Shown: positions 12,697 to 25,129 of the stretch, piece after piece | Numbering within the stretch: the stretch's first letter is position 1 | Layout of the letters: each line of letters starts with the position of its first letter | Assembly: GCF_006345805.1 (NCBI RefSeq) | Contig: NC_043001.1 | Location: 84,010,001-84,074,000, forward strand | Length of the DNA stretch: 64,000 nt | Direction: 5' to 3' | From: Octopus sinensis | Lineage: Eukaryota | Notes under the pieces: model-generated | Database searches by the model: none | What the model was told of the DNA's origin: nothing | What the model saw: the letters and a program-made list of their open reading frames with translations, nothing else | Program-made: the position numbers and the translations under genes

Positions 12697-12899
12697 GTTA
12701 TGATACTCATGCCGGTGGCACGTAAAAAGCACCCACTACACTTACGGAGTGGTTGGCATTAGGAAGAGCATCCAGCTGTAGAAACCCTGCAAGATCTGAC
12801 TGGAGCCTGGCTCAGCATCCTGGCTTCCCAGACCCTGGTCGAACCATCCAATCCATGCTAGCATGGAAAACGGACGTTAAACGATGATGACGATGATGT
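12697..12899 (+). mobile_element. RTE 3'UTR copy
   Basis: GCCGGTGGCACGTAAAAAGCACCC...TTAGGAAGAGCATCCAGC...AACGGACGTTAAACGATGATG. Confidence 0.8.
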
Positions 12900-13363
12900 A
12901 TATATATGAGGATGATGATATATATATATATTCTTCTCCTTTCTTCCCTTCTCCAAACTCACAGACAACCCCCCACACACACACACTCTCTCACAATGAT
13001 AAAAAGGAAATATAATTTATGGTCTACATTCCCTCTCCCTTCCCCTCTTTTTCTTTAACACTTCTTCCAAATACTAAAACACACACACAAACACACACAC
13101 ATCCTCTCTCTCTCTCACTTTCTCCCCATCCATCACCCTCTTGTACTGTTTTATATTACTCCCACCACTACACACTCAATAACACTATAAAATGGTGAAA
13201 ACTTTTTACACAGGAACTTAGTTCGATTTGAAAACCCCACTAGAATGGGAGAAAGCGCTAATACATGATCTAAGTTATATATGATGTATAAAAACATGTA
13301 ATATACAAATAAATATCTGTAAATATAAAACCATCTGAATTTCTGAGTACCTCATTTCTTCTA

Positions 13364-13398
<35 letters not shown>

Positions 13399-13434
13399 CA
13401 TACATACATATACATACATATATATATATATATA

Positions 13435-13479
<45 letters not shown>

Positions 13480-13884
13480 TATATATATACACACACATAT
13501 ACATACATACATTACTTTGATGACCTGCCAGTGAACTAATACATAGCAAATAGTTATGTTTAAACAAGAACCATCCCTTGTCATAAGTACTGTAATCCCT
13601 CTCCCAATGCTTCTATGTGTATAAACTTACATAACACACACATGCATACATAGACATATGTGTGTGTGTGTGTGTTTGTATTTGTGTCTTTGTACAGGTC
13701 ATCTGGGTAGAATATCTTTTATAATGGCTGTTTACTATACAAATTCCTTCTAATGTAGATTTGAACCACAGGTGGCCTGGGGATAGAAAAACAGTACGAT
13801 TCTAGTACAAATACACACACACACACACACAGAAACACACACTACACACAAACACACACACACACACACACACAACACACACAC

Positions 13885-14026
13885 ACACACACACACAGAC
13901 ACACACATACATGCACAATACATGCACATATACACACATACACACACATGCACACACACAGAACCCCCCACACGTGCACACATACACATATTTATATACA
14001 CACATGCACTTAGATATATTCACACA

Positions 14027-14074
<48 letters not shown>

Positions 14075-14210
14075 ACACATACATGCACAATACATGCACA
14101 TATACACACATACACACACATGCACACACACAGAACCCCCCACACGTGCACACATACACATATTTATATACACACATGCACTTAGATATATTCACACACA
14201 CACACACACA
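13885..14210. repeat. (CA)n-rich tract with an internal tandem duplication of about 170 bp
   Basis: The block ...CATGCACAATACATGC...AGAACCCCC...CACTTAGATATATTCACAC occurs twice, nearly identical. Confidence 0.85.
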
Positions 14211-14710
14211 CACTTACACATGTGTATATCTTTTCCTTTTACCTTTTACTCGTTTCAGTCCTAAAACTGTGGCCATGCTGGGGCATTGCCATGAAGAATT
14301 TTTGTGTTGACTGATTCAGCCTTAGTATTTATTTTTCTCTTTTTGAAAGATGGTACTTAGACTATTGCGCTTTTTCCACTGAACTGTTAAGTTTCAGGGA
14401 CATAAACAAACCAACACCAGTTGTCAAACAGTGGTGGAGGATAAACACAGACACACACACACATATATCTACATAGACATATGTATATATGTCATGCTTC
14501 TTTCAGTTTCCCTCTACCAATCCACACATGGTTCAGGGTTCAGTCCCACTGCATGGAAACTTGGGCAAGTGTCTTCAACTATAGCCTTGGACTGTTCATC
14601 TATTTACTATGTCTTACTGGTATCATTATATATTGTTTAATTGCAATCCACAATGGTATGAAGTGTAATGAACCACAAAAAGTGCTCAATACTGTTAGGT
14701 AGAATAGAGT

Positions 14711-14915
14711 ATCATCATCATCATCATCATTGTCGTTTAACATCCGCTCTCCATCCTAGCATGGGTTGGACGGTTTGACTGTGGGCTGGTGAACCAGATG
14801 GCTGCACCAAGCTCCAGTCTTGATCTGGCAGAGTTTCTACAGCTGGATGCACTTCCTAACGCCAACCACTCCGAGAGTGTAGTGGGTGCTTTTACATGCC
14901 ACTGGCACGGCGGCC
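14711..14915 (-). mobile_element. RTE 3'UTR copy
   Basis: (CAT)n GTTTAACATCCGC...CTTCCTAACGCCAACCACTCCGAGAG. Confidence 0.8.
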
Positions 14916-15007
14916 AGTCAGGCGATTCAAAAGAAAGGTTGTGTGAGTCACCACATTTGGAAATTCTCGATCTCTGTTTACAGAAATTTATGTATATATA
15001 TATAAAT

Positions 15008-15270
15008 TGGGAGTGGATTTGGTAGATGGAAACTGAAAGAAACCTGTCATATATGTGAGTGTGTGTGTGTGTGTATTTGTGTGTCTGTGTTTGTTCTACC
15101 GCCATCACTTGACAGCTAACATTGTGTTTGCATCCCTGTAGTAGTTCAACAAAAGAGACCAATAGAATAAGTACTAGGCTTACAAAGAATAAGTCCTGAG
15201 TCAATTTGTTCACCTAAAGGTGGTGCTCTAGCATGGCTGCAGTCAAATGAGTGAAATAAGTAAAAGAAAA
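15008..15270 (+). mobile_element. SINE family A, headless
   Basis: GAGTGGATTTGGTAGATGGAAACTGAAAG...GAATAAGTACTAGGCTTACAAAG...GAAATAAGTAAAAG. Confidence 0.8.
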
Positions 15271-15379
15271 AGAATAAATGAATATATATATGTATATGTA
15301 TATATGTATATATATATATATATATATAATATATATATATATAATATATATATATATATAGATATATATATTATATATA

Positions 15380-15413
<34 letters not shown>

Positions 15414-15462
15414 TATATATATGTATATATCTATGCATATATGTATGTATGTGTATATGTGA

Positions 15463-15725
15463 AGTAGTGTGGTTTAGTGGTTAGGTTGTTGCAAACTCAC
15501 AATCACTAGATCATGAGTTCAATTCACTGGTTGGGCAGTGTGTTGTGTTCTTGAGCAAAACACTCCATTTTGCATTGCTCCAGTCTCCCAATCAATCAGG
15601 GTGAGTGTTGGCCTCCTGGCCTACCCGGTGGGGGTGGCATTATTTGAAGGCTAAAACAATTCAAAATGCAATGGGACTAGACGATGTGTAGCAACAGCTG
15701 ATAGCCTGGTAGGTCAAATGATCAC
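15463..15725 (+). mobile_element. Diverged tRNA-derived SINE
   Basis: GTGGTTTAGTGG A box, GAGTTCAATTC B box, then GTGTTCTTGAGCAAAACACT. Confidence 0.55.
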
Positions 15726-15787
15726 ATGATGTATACACACACACATATGTATGCATGTGTATATAGCAACATATATGCATCATTATA

Positions 15788-16130
15788 TCATCATCATCAT
15801 CGTTTAATGTCCGTTTTCCATGCTGGCATTGATTGGACTGTTTGACTGAGGTCTGGAGAGCCAGCGGCTGCACTAGGCTCCATTCTGATCTGGCAGTGTT
15901 TCTACAGCTGGATGCTCTCCCTAACACCAACCACTCTGAGAGTGTAGTGGGTGCTTTCTATGTACCACCAGCACAGGAGGCAGCCAGGGGGCCCTGGTAT
16001 CAATCATGTTCGGATGGTGCTTTTTACGTGTCACTGGCATTGGAACCAGTCAGGGGGCACTGGCATTGACCACGTTCAGATGATACTTTTTGTGTGCCAC
16101 CAGCATGGGGGCCAGTCAGGGGGAGCCAGT
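15788..16130 (-). mobile_element. RTE 3'UTR copy with internal sub-repeats
   Basis: (CAT)n CGTTTAATGTCCG...; repeated GCCAGTCAGGGGG units. Confidence 0.8.
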
Positions 16131-16685
16131 CCATATTTATGGATATACATATGTATATACAGACATATGCACATGCACTTATATGCATGCATATGTCTAT
16201 ATTTTATTTTGAGTACATTGTAGATGTCTGTTTATTTTGGTGCAGCAAAGCTGCAGTCCAATCACCGAAACAACTAAAAGATAAAAGGTATACATACATG
16301 TTTACACACACACGAATATATATTTTTCTGTACATATGTGTGTGTATACATACATTGTTGTATGGTCCTGATTTAGCCAGAAGAAATCCTGCTCATAGTG
16401 GGACCCAATAATATGAGCATTCATGTGGATACTAGCTGTGTGATATTCATATCCGAGAAAGATGTGATGTGATGATATTTTCTCAACATGAGCAACCTTT
16501 GTGTTTTCTTGCTTTTGAGAGTAGTAAGATTGATATAGTTCCATGGGGGTGGGATGGTGTTTGAGATCCCTTCAAGGAATAAGTGTGAATTCAGTGTGTG
16601 ACACTTTGGTTACCCAAGAAAGAAGTAATTTGATGAAAGCTGAGGGAGAGTAGAGGGAAATGCTATCTGTGTAAGTATGTAGGGA

Positions 16686-17055
16686 AGGCAGTGAGCTGTC
16701 AGAATTGTTAGCACACCGGGCGAAATGCTTAGCGGTATTTCATCTGCTGCTACGTTCTGAGTTCAAATTCCGTCGAGGTCGACTTTGCCTTTCATCCTTT
16801 CGGAGGTCGATTAAATAAGTACCAGTTACATACTGGGGTCGATGTAATCGACTTAATCCATTTGTCTGTCCTTGTTTGTCCCCTCTATGTTTAGCCCCTT
16901 GTGGGTAATAAAGAAATAGGTATTTCATTTGTCTTTACGTTCTGAGTTCAAATTCTACCAAGGTTGACATTCATCCTTTCGGGGTCAATCTAATCAACTG
17001 CTCCCCTCCCCATCTCCCATCAAATTTCAAGCCTTGTGCCTATAGTAGAAAGGAT
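16686..17055 (+). mobile_element. SINE family B full copy plus an adjacent partial copy
   Basis: 16686-16918 is complete; a second GTTCTGAGTTCAAATTC-bearing fragment follows at about 16925-17055. Confidence 0.88.
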
Positions 17056-17654
17056 TATTGGATAGAGGGAAAGAAGAGGATGCCAGACCAAACTGAAGAC
17101 TGGATCATGCATAAGTTGATTCAATGTGGAACAGGAAGATCTCTGTTAACACACATATTAATGTAATCTGAAAGGAAGTTCACAGCGAAAGAGATGAGAA
17201 ACAGATAAATTCTATAGGTCAGCAGTTTCAATTGGAGATTTGTATGCCAAAAATGGTTGAAAACATTAATCGTGTTGAGAGTGACAGCATTGCATTTACC
17301 AAATTTTAGCAAAGCAAGAGCTTGCTGGTGGGTGGCATAGAAGAGATGGTCATTAGGAGATTTGGTTTTATAGAAGCTATATTTACTGGCTAGTGTTCTT
17401 TAATGAGAGAAGGAAATTCATGGTGTTGGATAATAATGTTGTTAATGGTTGCACACCCCACCATTACCTCTGAGTTATAGGAAGAGAGTAACAGCAATTG
17501 TTGACTAAAGAGTTGACTTTCTTTCCACACACACAAGTATATACATACACACACACACACACCACACACACACACATATATATATAATATATACATATCA
17601 TCATCATTGTTTAACATTCACCTTCCATGCTGGCATATATATATATATGATTTT

Positions 17655-18293
17655 TCTTTTACTTGTTTCAGTCATTTGACTGTGGTCATGCTGGAGCACT
17701 GCCTTTTAGTCGAGCAAATCGACCCCAGGAATTATTCTTTGTAAGCCTAGTACTTATTCTATCGGTATCTTTTACTGAACCTCTAAGTTATGGTGATGTA
17801 AACACACCAACAATTGTTGTCAAGAAATGGTGGTGGGGACAAACAGACACACAAATACATACATACATGCATACATACATATATATATATATAATTGAAT
17901 AAGGGTAGAAATTGATATTAATCAATTAAAACCAGTGGCCTAGCATATTAAAGAAATCTGAAGATTAAAATATTTTTACATACAAAATTTAAAGGACTGA
18001 CCACTAAAAGTGGATGGTCAATATGCTAGATATAGACATCAAAATCGTGGAAAAAAGCGATTTTGACGTCTATATCTAGCATATTGACCGTCCACTTTTA
18101 GTGGTCAGTCCTTTAAATTTTGTATATATATATATATATATACATGATGGGCTACTTTCAGTTTCTGTCAATCAAATCCACTCACAATGCTTTGGTCGGC
18201 CCAAGACACTTGCCAAAGGTGCACGCAGTGGGACTGAACTTGGAACCATGTGGTTGGGAAGCAAGTTTCTTACCACACAGTCACTCCTGCACC
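17655..18293 (-). mobile_element. SINE family A split by a fold-back element inserted in its internal (TA)n
   Basis: Tail half at 17655-17890 and head half at 18125-18293. Confidence 0.85.
17893..18124. repeat. Fold-back element (family shared with 22588-22885); palindrome 17981-18124
   Basis: TAAGGGTAGAAATTGAT leader, then about 67-bp arms TACAAAATTTAAAGGACTGACC... / ...GGTCAGTCCTTTAAATTTTGTA. Confidence 0.85.
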
Positions 18294-18534
18294 ATATCAT
18301 AAAGATACATACAGGCATAGATCAAAATTGTTAGAGTAATGAACCAAAATGCCTACCAATATTAGTTTTAGCAGGTGGGTGGTAAGCTGGCAAAATTGTT
18401 AGCACACCAGGCCAAATGGTTAGCAACATTTCATTCATGTTTACACTCTGAGTGTAAAGATGGATTAACTATATATGAATGTGAATGCACGTGTGTGTAT
18501 ATATGTGTCAAGTATTCTTTCCCATCCCAGTTAT

Positions 18535-19020
18535 GAAGAAACCAGATATTTATAATATGGTGTGAAAGAAAGAAAATGGGAAATCTAGTAGAGTTAATGG
18601 TTCCTCATGAAGATAACATGAATGCTGTTTGGGCTCGAAAGATTGACTGTTATGTAAACCTCCTCGAGGAATGTGAAGATACAGGCCGGAAAGTGGAGTA
18701 TTTTCCAATTGAAGTTTGATGTAGAGGATTCATTGGACACAGTGTGAGGTGACTGTTGTTATCGTTAGGCCTAACTCACTGTAAAGCAAGTGCCACCATG
18801 AGTAATATCCAAACTACAGTGGAAAAGGCAAGCCACTTGATTTGGTTAAAAAGCGACAATGAGCAATGGCTAGAAGAATATTGAGCTAAATCTCATAACC
18901 AGTTGATCTAGCAAGCAGGGCCTTGTTTCAGTGAGGTGGGCTGGTGTGCAATGATGCCGTTGAGAGGTAGGACCTGAAATGGCATGCATTCTCACCTGAT
19001 GACCCCATAAACTTCCTGGC
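18535..19020 (+). mobile_element. Decayed HERO/NeSL-type LINE C-terminus (restriction-like endonuclease) + 3'UTR
   Basis: KPDI...LVELMVPHED...RK..Y..LLEEC...FPIEV*CRGF...EKASHLIWLK matches the recalled PD..ELTVPWE..RK..Y..EVGCRGF pattern. Confidence 0.75.
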
Positions 19021-19097
19021 ATCTGGTATGTGGAGCTTACAACTGGTAGCACTTGCATCTGCAAGTTGTTTGCAAGAACACATATGCATACATGTAT

Positions 19098-19340
19098 GTG
19101 TGTGTGTGTGCATGTATCTTTTACTCTCTTTTACTTGTTTCAGTCATTTGACAGTGGTGATGCTGGAGCACCGCCTTTAGTTGAGCAAATCGACCCCAGG
19201 ACTTATTCTTTGTAAGCCAAGTACTAATTCTATCGGTCTCTTTTGCTGAACCACTAAGTTACGGGGATGTATACACACCAGCATCAGTTGTCAAGCGATA
19301 TTGGGGGGTAAACAAGCTACTTACCACACAGCCACACCTG
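19098..19340 (-). mobile_element. SINE family A, internally deleted
   Basis: Tail module joined directly to AAGCTACTTACCACACAGCCAC. Confidence 0.8.
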
Positions 19341-19399
19341 CTTTTACAAAAAAAAAAAAACATTTCTTCTACCTGGCTTGCATTAAAGGCAAAAACCAT

Positions 19400-20150
19400 A
19401 GAGGATAGTATTCATTATCTGGGAGAATGAACATCCTCTATGCCAACATGTCTGTGTTTGACACCATGTTTGTTGTATGTCTCTTTTATTTTTTAATTAT
19501 TATAAATCTACCACTGAGGTGAGAGCTGGTTTCTCACAACGATACATGGTTCCATCTTTGGAATGTAGTTAACACAGACGAATTTACATTTGGAACTTGA
19601 GAAACGTCTTGCATATTTTTACTGTTCCACTCACAGATTGCACTTGCAATGTATGAATTAGCCAGTCGATTTCTCTTCCTGAAAATCCCAGTTCATCCAG
19701 ATTCTCCTTTAAGCATTTACTAACAAAACCTAGTGCTCCAATTATTATTCGAATGAATATGAATTCATAGTCTAGATATAGAAGCTGGAGGTTTTGAAGC
19801 AGTTGTCCATAGTTATCCTATTTTTCATTGATTTTCAAAAGAGATATTTATATCTGCAGGGCAGCTGACCTCTATGATGGTACATACCTTTGCCCTTCTG
19901 TCCCAAACAACAATATCTGGTCTGTTATATTTACATTTGACAGAAGTCTTGATGGGAATATTCCACCAGTATTCCTTGAGTTGGTGTTTATGAATGTCTT
20001 CCATAACAGAGCAATTTTCTAAGTTTATTTCAGGACAGTCTTTTTTGCAGATGGCATTGTATACTGTTTTAGCAACAGCATCGTGCCATATAGGGAGGTA
20101 TACCGTGACAACATTTTAAGACAGCTGCTAATCACATGTGTGATGTCTTC
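19400..20150 (-). mobile_element. R4/Dong-clade LINE 3' end (zinc knuckle + REL), moderately preserved
   Basis: EDITHVISSC...HDAVAKTVYNAICKK...EYWWNIPIKTSVKCKYNRPDIVVWDRRAKVCTIIEVSCPADINI...IIIGALG...GTVKICKTFLKF, stop at 19584-19586; a few frameshifts. Confidence 0.85.
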
Positions 20151-20183
20151 CATATACATACGTGTAAGTATGTATATATGTGC

Positions 20184-20390
20184 CTCTTTACTTGTTTCAG
20201 TTATTTGAATGCGGCCATACTGGAGCGCCACCTTATTCTTATTCAGGACTTATTCTTTGTAAGCCTAGTACTTATTCTATCAGTCTCTTTTGCTTAACCA
20301 CTAAGTTACGGGGATGTAAACACCCCAGCATCGGTTGTCAAGCGATGCTGGGGGGGGGGGAAACAAACACAGACACACAAACATACACAT

Positions 20391-20433
<43 letters not shown>

Positions 20434-20596
20434 TATGAAGGGCTTCTTTCAGTTTCCGTCTACGAAATCCACTCACAAGGCTTTGGTTGGCCTGAGGTTA
20501 TAGAAGATACTTGCCCAAAGTGCCACACAGTGGGACTGAACCCAGAACCATGTGGTTGGTAAGCAAGCTACTTACCACACAGCCACTCCTGCGCCT
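20184..20596 (-). mobile_element. SINE family A, near full length
   Basis: Complete head, internal microsatellite and tail. Confidence 0.9.
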
Positions 20597-20929
20597 GTTT
20601 TCATGCATGTATGCATGCATGTATATATGTATGAATGCTTGTATGCCAATCATCTGAAATCCCATTAAAGATCAACTGTATGCAATGTCCTTCCCTCTAG
20701 ACCAGGTGATTTCACATGTGCAGTGTGTAAAAGAGCTTGCGAGTGGGTTTCAGGTTCACAGGAAACATATTTTATAAAGTAATCCGATCAATTCAGTGAA
20801 AGTTACAAATTTTGCCAGTCACGTATGCTTCGAACTATACAGATCTGCTGAGAGACGGTATCATCTGTGAAGGTCGAGCAGCCACCATATGTTTGCTTGT
20901 GTGCATATAAATACACACACACATATATA

Positions 20930-21292
20930 CTAGCACTATGACCCGGCAACGCCGGGTCATAGTGCTAGTGCATGCATATACAGCTGCGTGCGTGCACACA
21001 TACACGTGAGTACTGTCCAAATCTCCGACCAATCACACAGCTAGCTGGCATTCAATTGGCGTATCAAGTTTCAGGCATTTTGATTGGGTTTTGGAAAGAA
21101 AATTCACAAAAAAGTCACTTCTATTGATTTTTTTAATAGCTTTGTGGGGTGACTGGGGAAATGTAAAGATGTGCACGACTACCCTTGGATGGTTTTGAAT
21201 GATCATAGAAAGTGTGAGCCCTCCAACTGAAAAATTGTGGATTTGTATAAAGGATACACACAGACAGACATTTTGCCATTTATATATATAGA
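20930..21292 (-). mobile_element. Non-autonomous Helitron
   Basis: Minus strand A|TC 5' end at 21292, 3' hairpin CCCGG-CGTTG-CCGGG and CTAG|T end at 20930; no TSD. Confidence 0.75.
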
Positions 21293-21480
21293 TATATATA
21301 TATATATATCTGTAAATGTAATATGTGACAATTATTCGGTAGCCATAATAAAACTCTGAGTTTCGGATGCCGCCATCACTTGTCTACCGAATAATTGTCA
21401 CATATTACATTTACAGATAAATTCCTCTATTTACATAATATCGAGTCTCTTTCTTTCTTTTGTTGTCTTACCATTTTTAT

Positions 21481-21532
<52 letters not shown>

Positions 21533-21550
21533 CTATCTATCTATCTATCC

Positions 21551-21628
<78 letters not shown>

Positions 21629-21643
21629 ATCTATCTATATCTA

Positions 21644-21679
<36 letters not shown>

Positions 21680-21680
21680 A

Positions 21681-21954
21681 ATACAGTGTACATTTAAACA
21701 CATAAGAGATGGCCATCATAGGACACCTAGTAGCATGCTAGAAGGAGTAGCCAAAATCCAAACCACTTGGCGTTCCTGCTGAAGAGAGCTCCACCTAGCA
21801 AATTACCATGGTCCAGGATAGAGATGGTAAATACTTTTATTCTTCATTCCCTTCGAAATTTATCTCTAATAGTGGTTTGGATTTAGGCTACTCCTTCTAG
21901 CGTGCTAGATGTCCTATGATGGTCATCTCTTATGTGTTTAAATGTACACTATAT
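21681..21954. repeat. Inverted repeat, about 86-bp arms, about 103-bp spacer
   Basis: GTGTACATTTAAACACATAAGAGATGG...AAACCACT vs AGTGGTTTGG...ATGTGTTTAAATGTACAC; the left arm abuts (TA)n. Confidence 0.88.
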
Positions 21955-22058
21955 TTATATGAATAATATATAGTCTATTGACTAGTTTTCTACATGCTAG
22001 GCCACCACTGGTAGTAAAAAAATTCTAAACTTTTTTCCTACCCTGATATTCATTAATC

Positions 22059-22133
<75 letters not shown>

Positions 22134-22221
22134 TTAATATTTGAGGGAATAAAATCCAAAACTTACAAGGAAACAAAAAAATTCAATTTAGAAGTACTAA
22201 GTCAAATTTCACACAATATAA

Positions 22222-22544
22222 TATATATATAAAAAATTAGAAAAAAATCACCTTTTATCAATTCAAAATGAACAATTAAATTACACCATCCAGAAAATTA
22301 CATATAATAGAAGTATTAACATTAAAATAACAATAAAATGTTAAAGATTAAGTAAATTGCAAAAAAAATAATAATAATAACTTATAAACAATTTATATAA
22401 GTTATTATAATTTTTTTTTTTTGCAATTTACTTAATCTTTGACATGTTATTGTTATTTTAATGTTAATACTTCTATTATATGTAATTTTCTGGATGGTGT
22501 AATTTAATTGTTCATTTTGAATTGATAAAAGGTAATTTTTTTTC

Positions 22545-22560
<16 letters not shown>
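22222..22560. repeat. About 340-bp AT-rich palindrome
   Basis: AAAAATTAGAAAAAAATCACCTTTTATCAATTC... mirrored about a centre near 22391; the right end runs into (TA)n. Confidence 0.88.
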
Positions 22561-22587
<27 letters not shown>

Positions 22588-22596
<9 letters not shown>

Positions 22597-22878
22597 TAAG
22601 GGTAGAAATTGATATTTATCAATTAAGACCAGTGGTCTAGCATATTAAAAAAGAATCCGAAGATTAAAATATTTATATATACCAATTAAGGACTGAACAC
22701 GAAAAGTGGACAGTCAACATGCTAGATATAGACGTCAAATTGCCATTCACCACAAAAGATTATGTTCTCAGATCAAACTGAGTTTGATCTGAGAACATAA
22801 TCTTTTGTGGTGAATGGTGATTTGACGTCTATATCTAGCATGTTGACTGTCCACTTTTCGTGTTCAGTCCTTAATTGG

Positions 22879-22885
<7 letters not shown>
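22588..22885. repeat. Fold-back element; palindrome 22675-22885 with an about 1-nt centre
   Basis: About 105-bp arms meeting at CTCAGATCAAACT-G-AGTTTGATCTGAG; flanked by (TA)n. Confidence 0.9.
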
Positions 22886-22934
<49 letters not shown>

Positions 22935-22935
22935 A

Positions 22936-22994
<59 letters not shown>

Positions 22995-23048
22995 CTATAT
23001 ATATATATATAATATAGATATATATATATATATATATTTATATGTAAA

Positions 23049-23262
23049 GGTGGCAAGCTGGCAGGAATGTTAGCATGTTGGGTGAAATGCTTAGCGATAT
23101 TTCATCTGTCTTTACATTCCGAGTTCAAATTCCCTTGGGGTTGATTTTGCCTTTCATCCTCTTGGGGTCAATAAATTAAGTACCAGTTGCGTAATGGGTT
23201 CAATCTAATCGATTGGCCACACCGCAAAATTTTCAGGCCTTGTGCCTTGAGTAGAAAATCTT
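23049..23262 (+). mobile_element. SINE family B
   Basis: AAGCTGGCAGGAATGTTAGC...CCGAGTTCAAATTCC...AAGTACCAGTT. Confidence 0.82.
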
Positions 23263-23602
23263 TACATGAATATATTTATATGTGCATGTATGCTTATATG
23301 TACACGTATGTAAGATAGATTTATTACACAGAAAAGCTTAATATGTAGATGTTGGGTGCTTTTTAAAGAGTTTACGCTTGTTACTTTTAGTTGTTTTCCC
23401 GCCCACGTGTATTTTGCAAACATTGACCTGAAGATGCTCAGGCTGTGGTGGATTAACCTCATAAATCTCACTAGCTGGAGGCCTTATAAAGGTCATGCTC
23501 ACTGCCCCTTATACATACATACAGACATACATACATACATACATACATATATACATACATATGTACATGCATGCTTACATACAATCATATATATATGTGT
23601 GT

Positions 23603-23634
<32 letters not shown>

Positions 23635-23798
23635 CTGGGTGTGTATGTCCGGGTTGCTGTGTGTGTGTACGCATACACACGCATACACATACATGCATGC
23701 ACACACACTCACATACTCATGCACACACATGTTTAAGTAAATATATTATTTTGTTTGTGTGTGTGTATATATACATATATATATACATATATATACAT

Positions 23799-23837
<39 letters not shown>

Positions 23838-23838
<1 letters not shown>

Positions 23839-24190
23839 CATCATCATCATCATCATTGTTTAACGTCCGTTTTCCATGCTGGCATGGTTTGGACGGTTTG
23901 ACTGAGGTCTGGAGAGCCTGCAGCTGCACCAGGCTCCAATCTGATCTGGCAATGTTTTTACAGCTGGATGCCCTGCCCTTTGTAATGCCAACCACTCCGA
24001 GAGTGGGTTTTTTTATGTGCCACCGTAAAAAGCCAGCCAGGCAGGCCTGGCATTGATCATGTTTGGTTGGTGCTTTTTATATGCCACCAGCACAAGAGCC
24101 AGTCAGGGGGTGCTGGCATTGCCCACAATCAATTAGTGCGTTTTACGTGCCACCAGTCCAAGAGCCAGTCAGGTGGACCTGGCGTTGACC
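23838..24190 (-). mobile_element. RTE 3'UTR copy
   Basis: (CAT)n TGTTTAACGTCCGTTTTCCATGC...; repeated GCCAGTCAGG units. Confidence 0.8.
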
Positions 24191-24330
24191 GGGAGCAACT
24201 GTTTTATCGAAAGCATTTATTTTTGTTATATGCTTGAAATACGAGACTAGAAAAACAGCCAGCAACTGATGAAGGGTTGTTCCTTTTGTTTGTTTTGTTT
24301 TCCATTTGTGTCTTTTGTTGTTCGAAAGAA

Positions 24331-24729
24331 TACTTTTTTACTTGTTTCGGTCACTGAACTGCAGTCATGCTAGAGCACCGCCTTTAGTCAAGCAAATCGA
24401 CCCCAGGACTTATTCTTTGTAAGCCTAGTACTTGTTCTATCGAGCTCCTCCGCCAAATCGCCAAGTCACAGGGATGCAAACACACCGGTATCAGTTGTCA
24501 AGCGATGTTGGGGGACAAACACAGACACACAAACACAAACACACACACACATACATATAAATATATGATGGGCTTCTTTCAGTTTCTGTCTACCAAATCC
24601 ACTCACAAGGCTTTGGTCAGCCCAAGGCTATAGTAGAATACACTTGCCCAAGGTGTCACGCAGTGGGACTGAACCTGGAACCATGTGGTTGGTAAGCAAG
24701 CTACTTACCACACAGCCACTCCTGCGCCT
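24331..24729 (-). mobile_element. SINE family A, full length
   Basis: Complete head and tail. Confidence 0.9.
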
Positions 24730-24861
24730 AATACTTCATGCTCCATGTACTTGCACTTCGTACTTTTTGGTTGTACATGTTTCATGACGTCCTGTGCCCA
24801 CATATGCATAGATGTAAGTATGTACATATACGTATGTATATAGGCATATGTATATATTATT

Positions 24862-24908
<47 letters not shown>

Positions 24909-25129
24909 AAGAGATATAAATATTTCATGTATATTTATATGTATATATGTGTGTGTGTGAGAGCATGCACATGTACATATATATACATGTATATATACAT
25001 ATATATGTATGTGTGTGTGTGTACACATAGATGTCTAGCACGTCTGATTGTATTGGCTGTCTAGTCACTTAGAGACGCTTATAGGAAAACATAACAGTCA
25101 CATGTATATCGATCAAGAACATGATGCCA

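Noticed and set aside
18940-19015. GAAA...CTGATGA in the HERO-like 3'UTR as a permuted hammerhead
   Set aside because: Helices I-III could not be built; it folds as a simple stem-loop.
21770-21865. CTGAAGA...TTCGAAA in the spacer of an inverted repeat
   Set aside because: No stem I pairing; possibly a decayed motif only.
24245-24330. CTGATGAAGGG...TCGAAAG hammerhead candidate
   Set aside because: Stem II and stem I do not pair; at best a decayed remnant.
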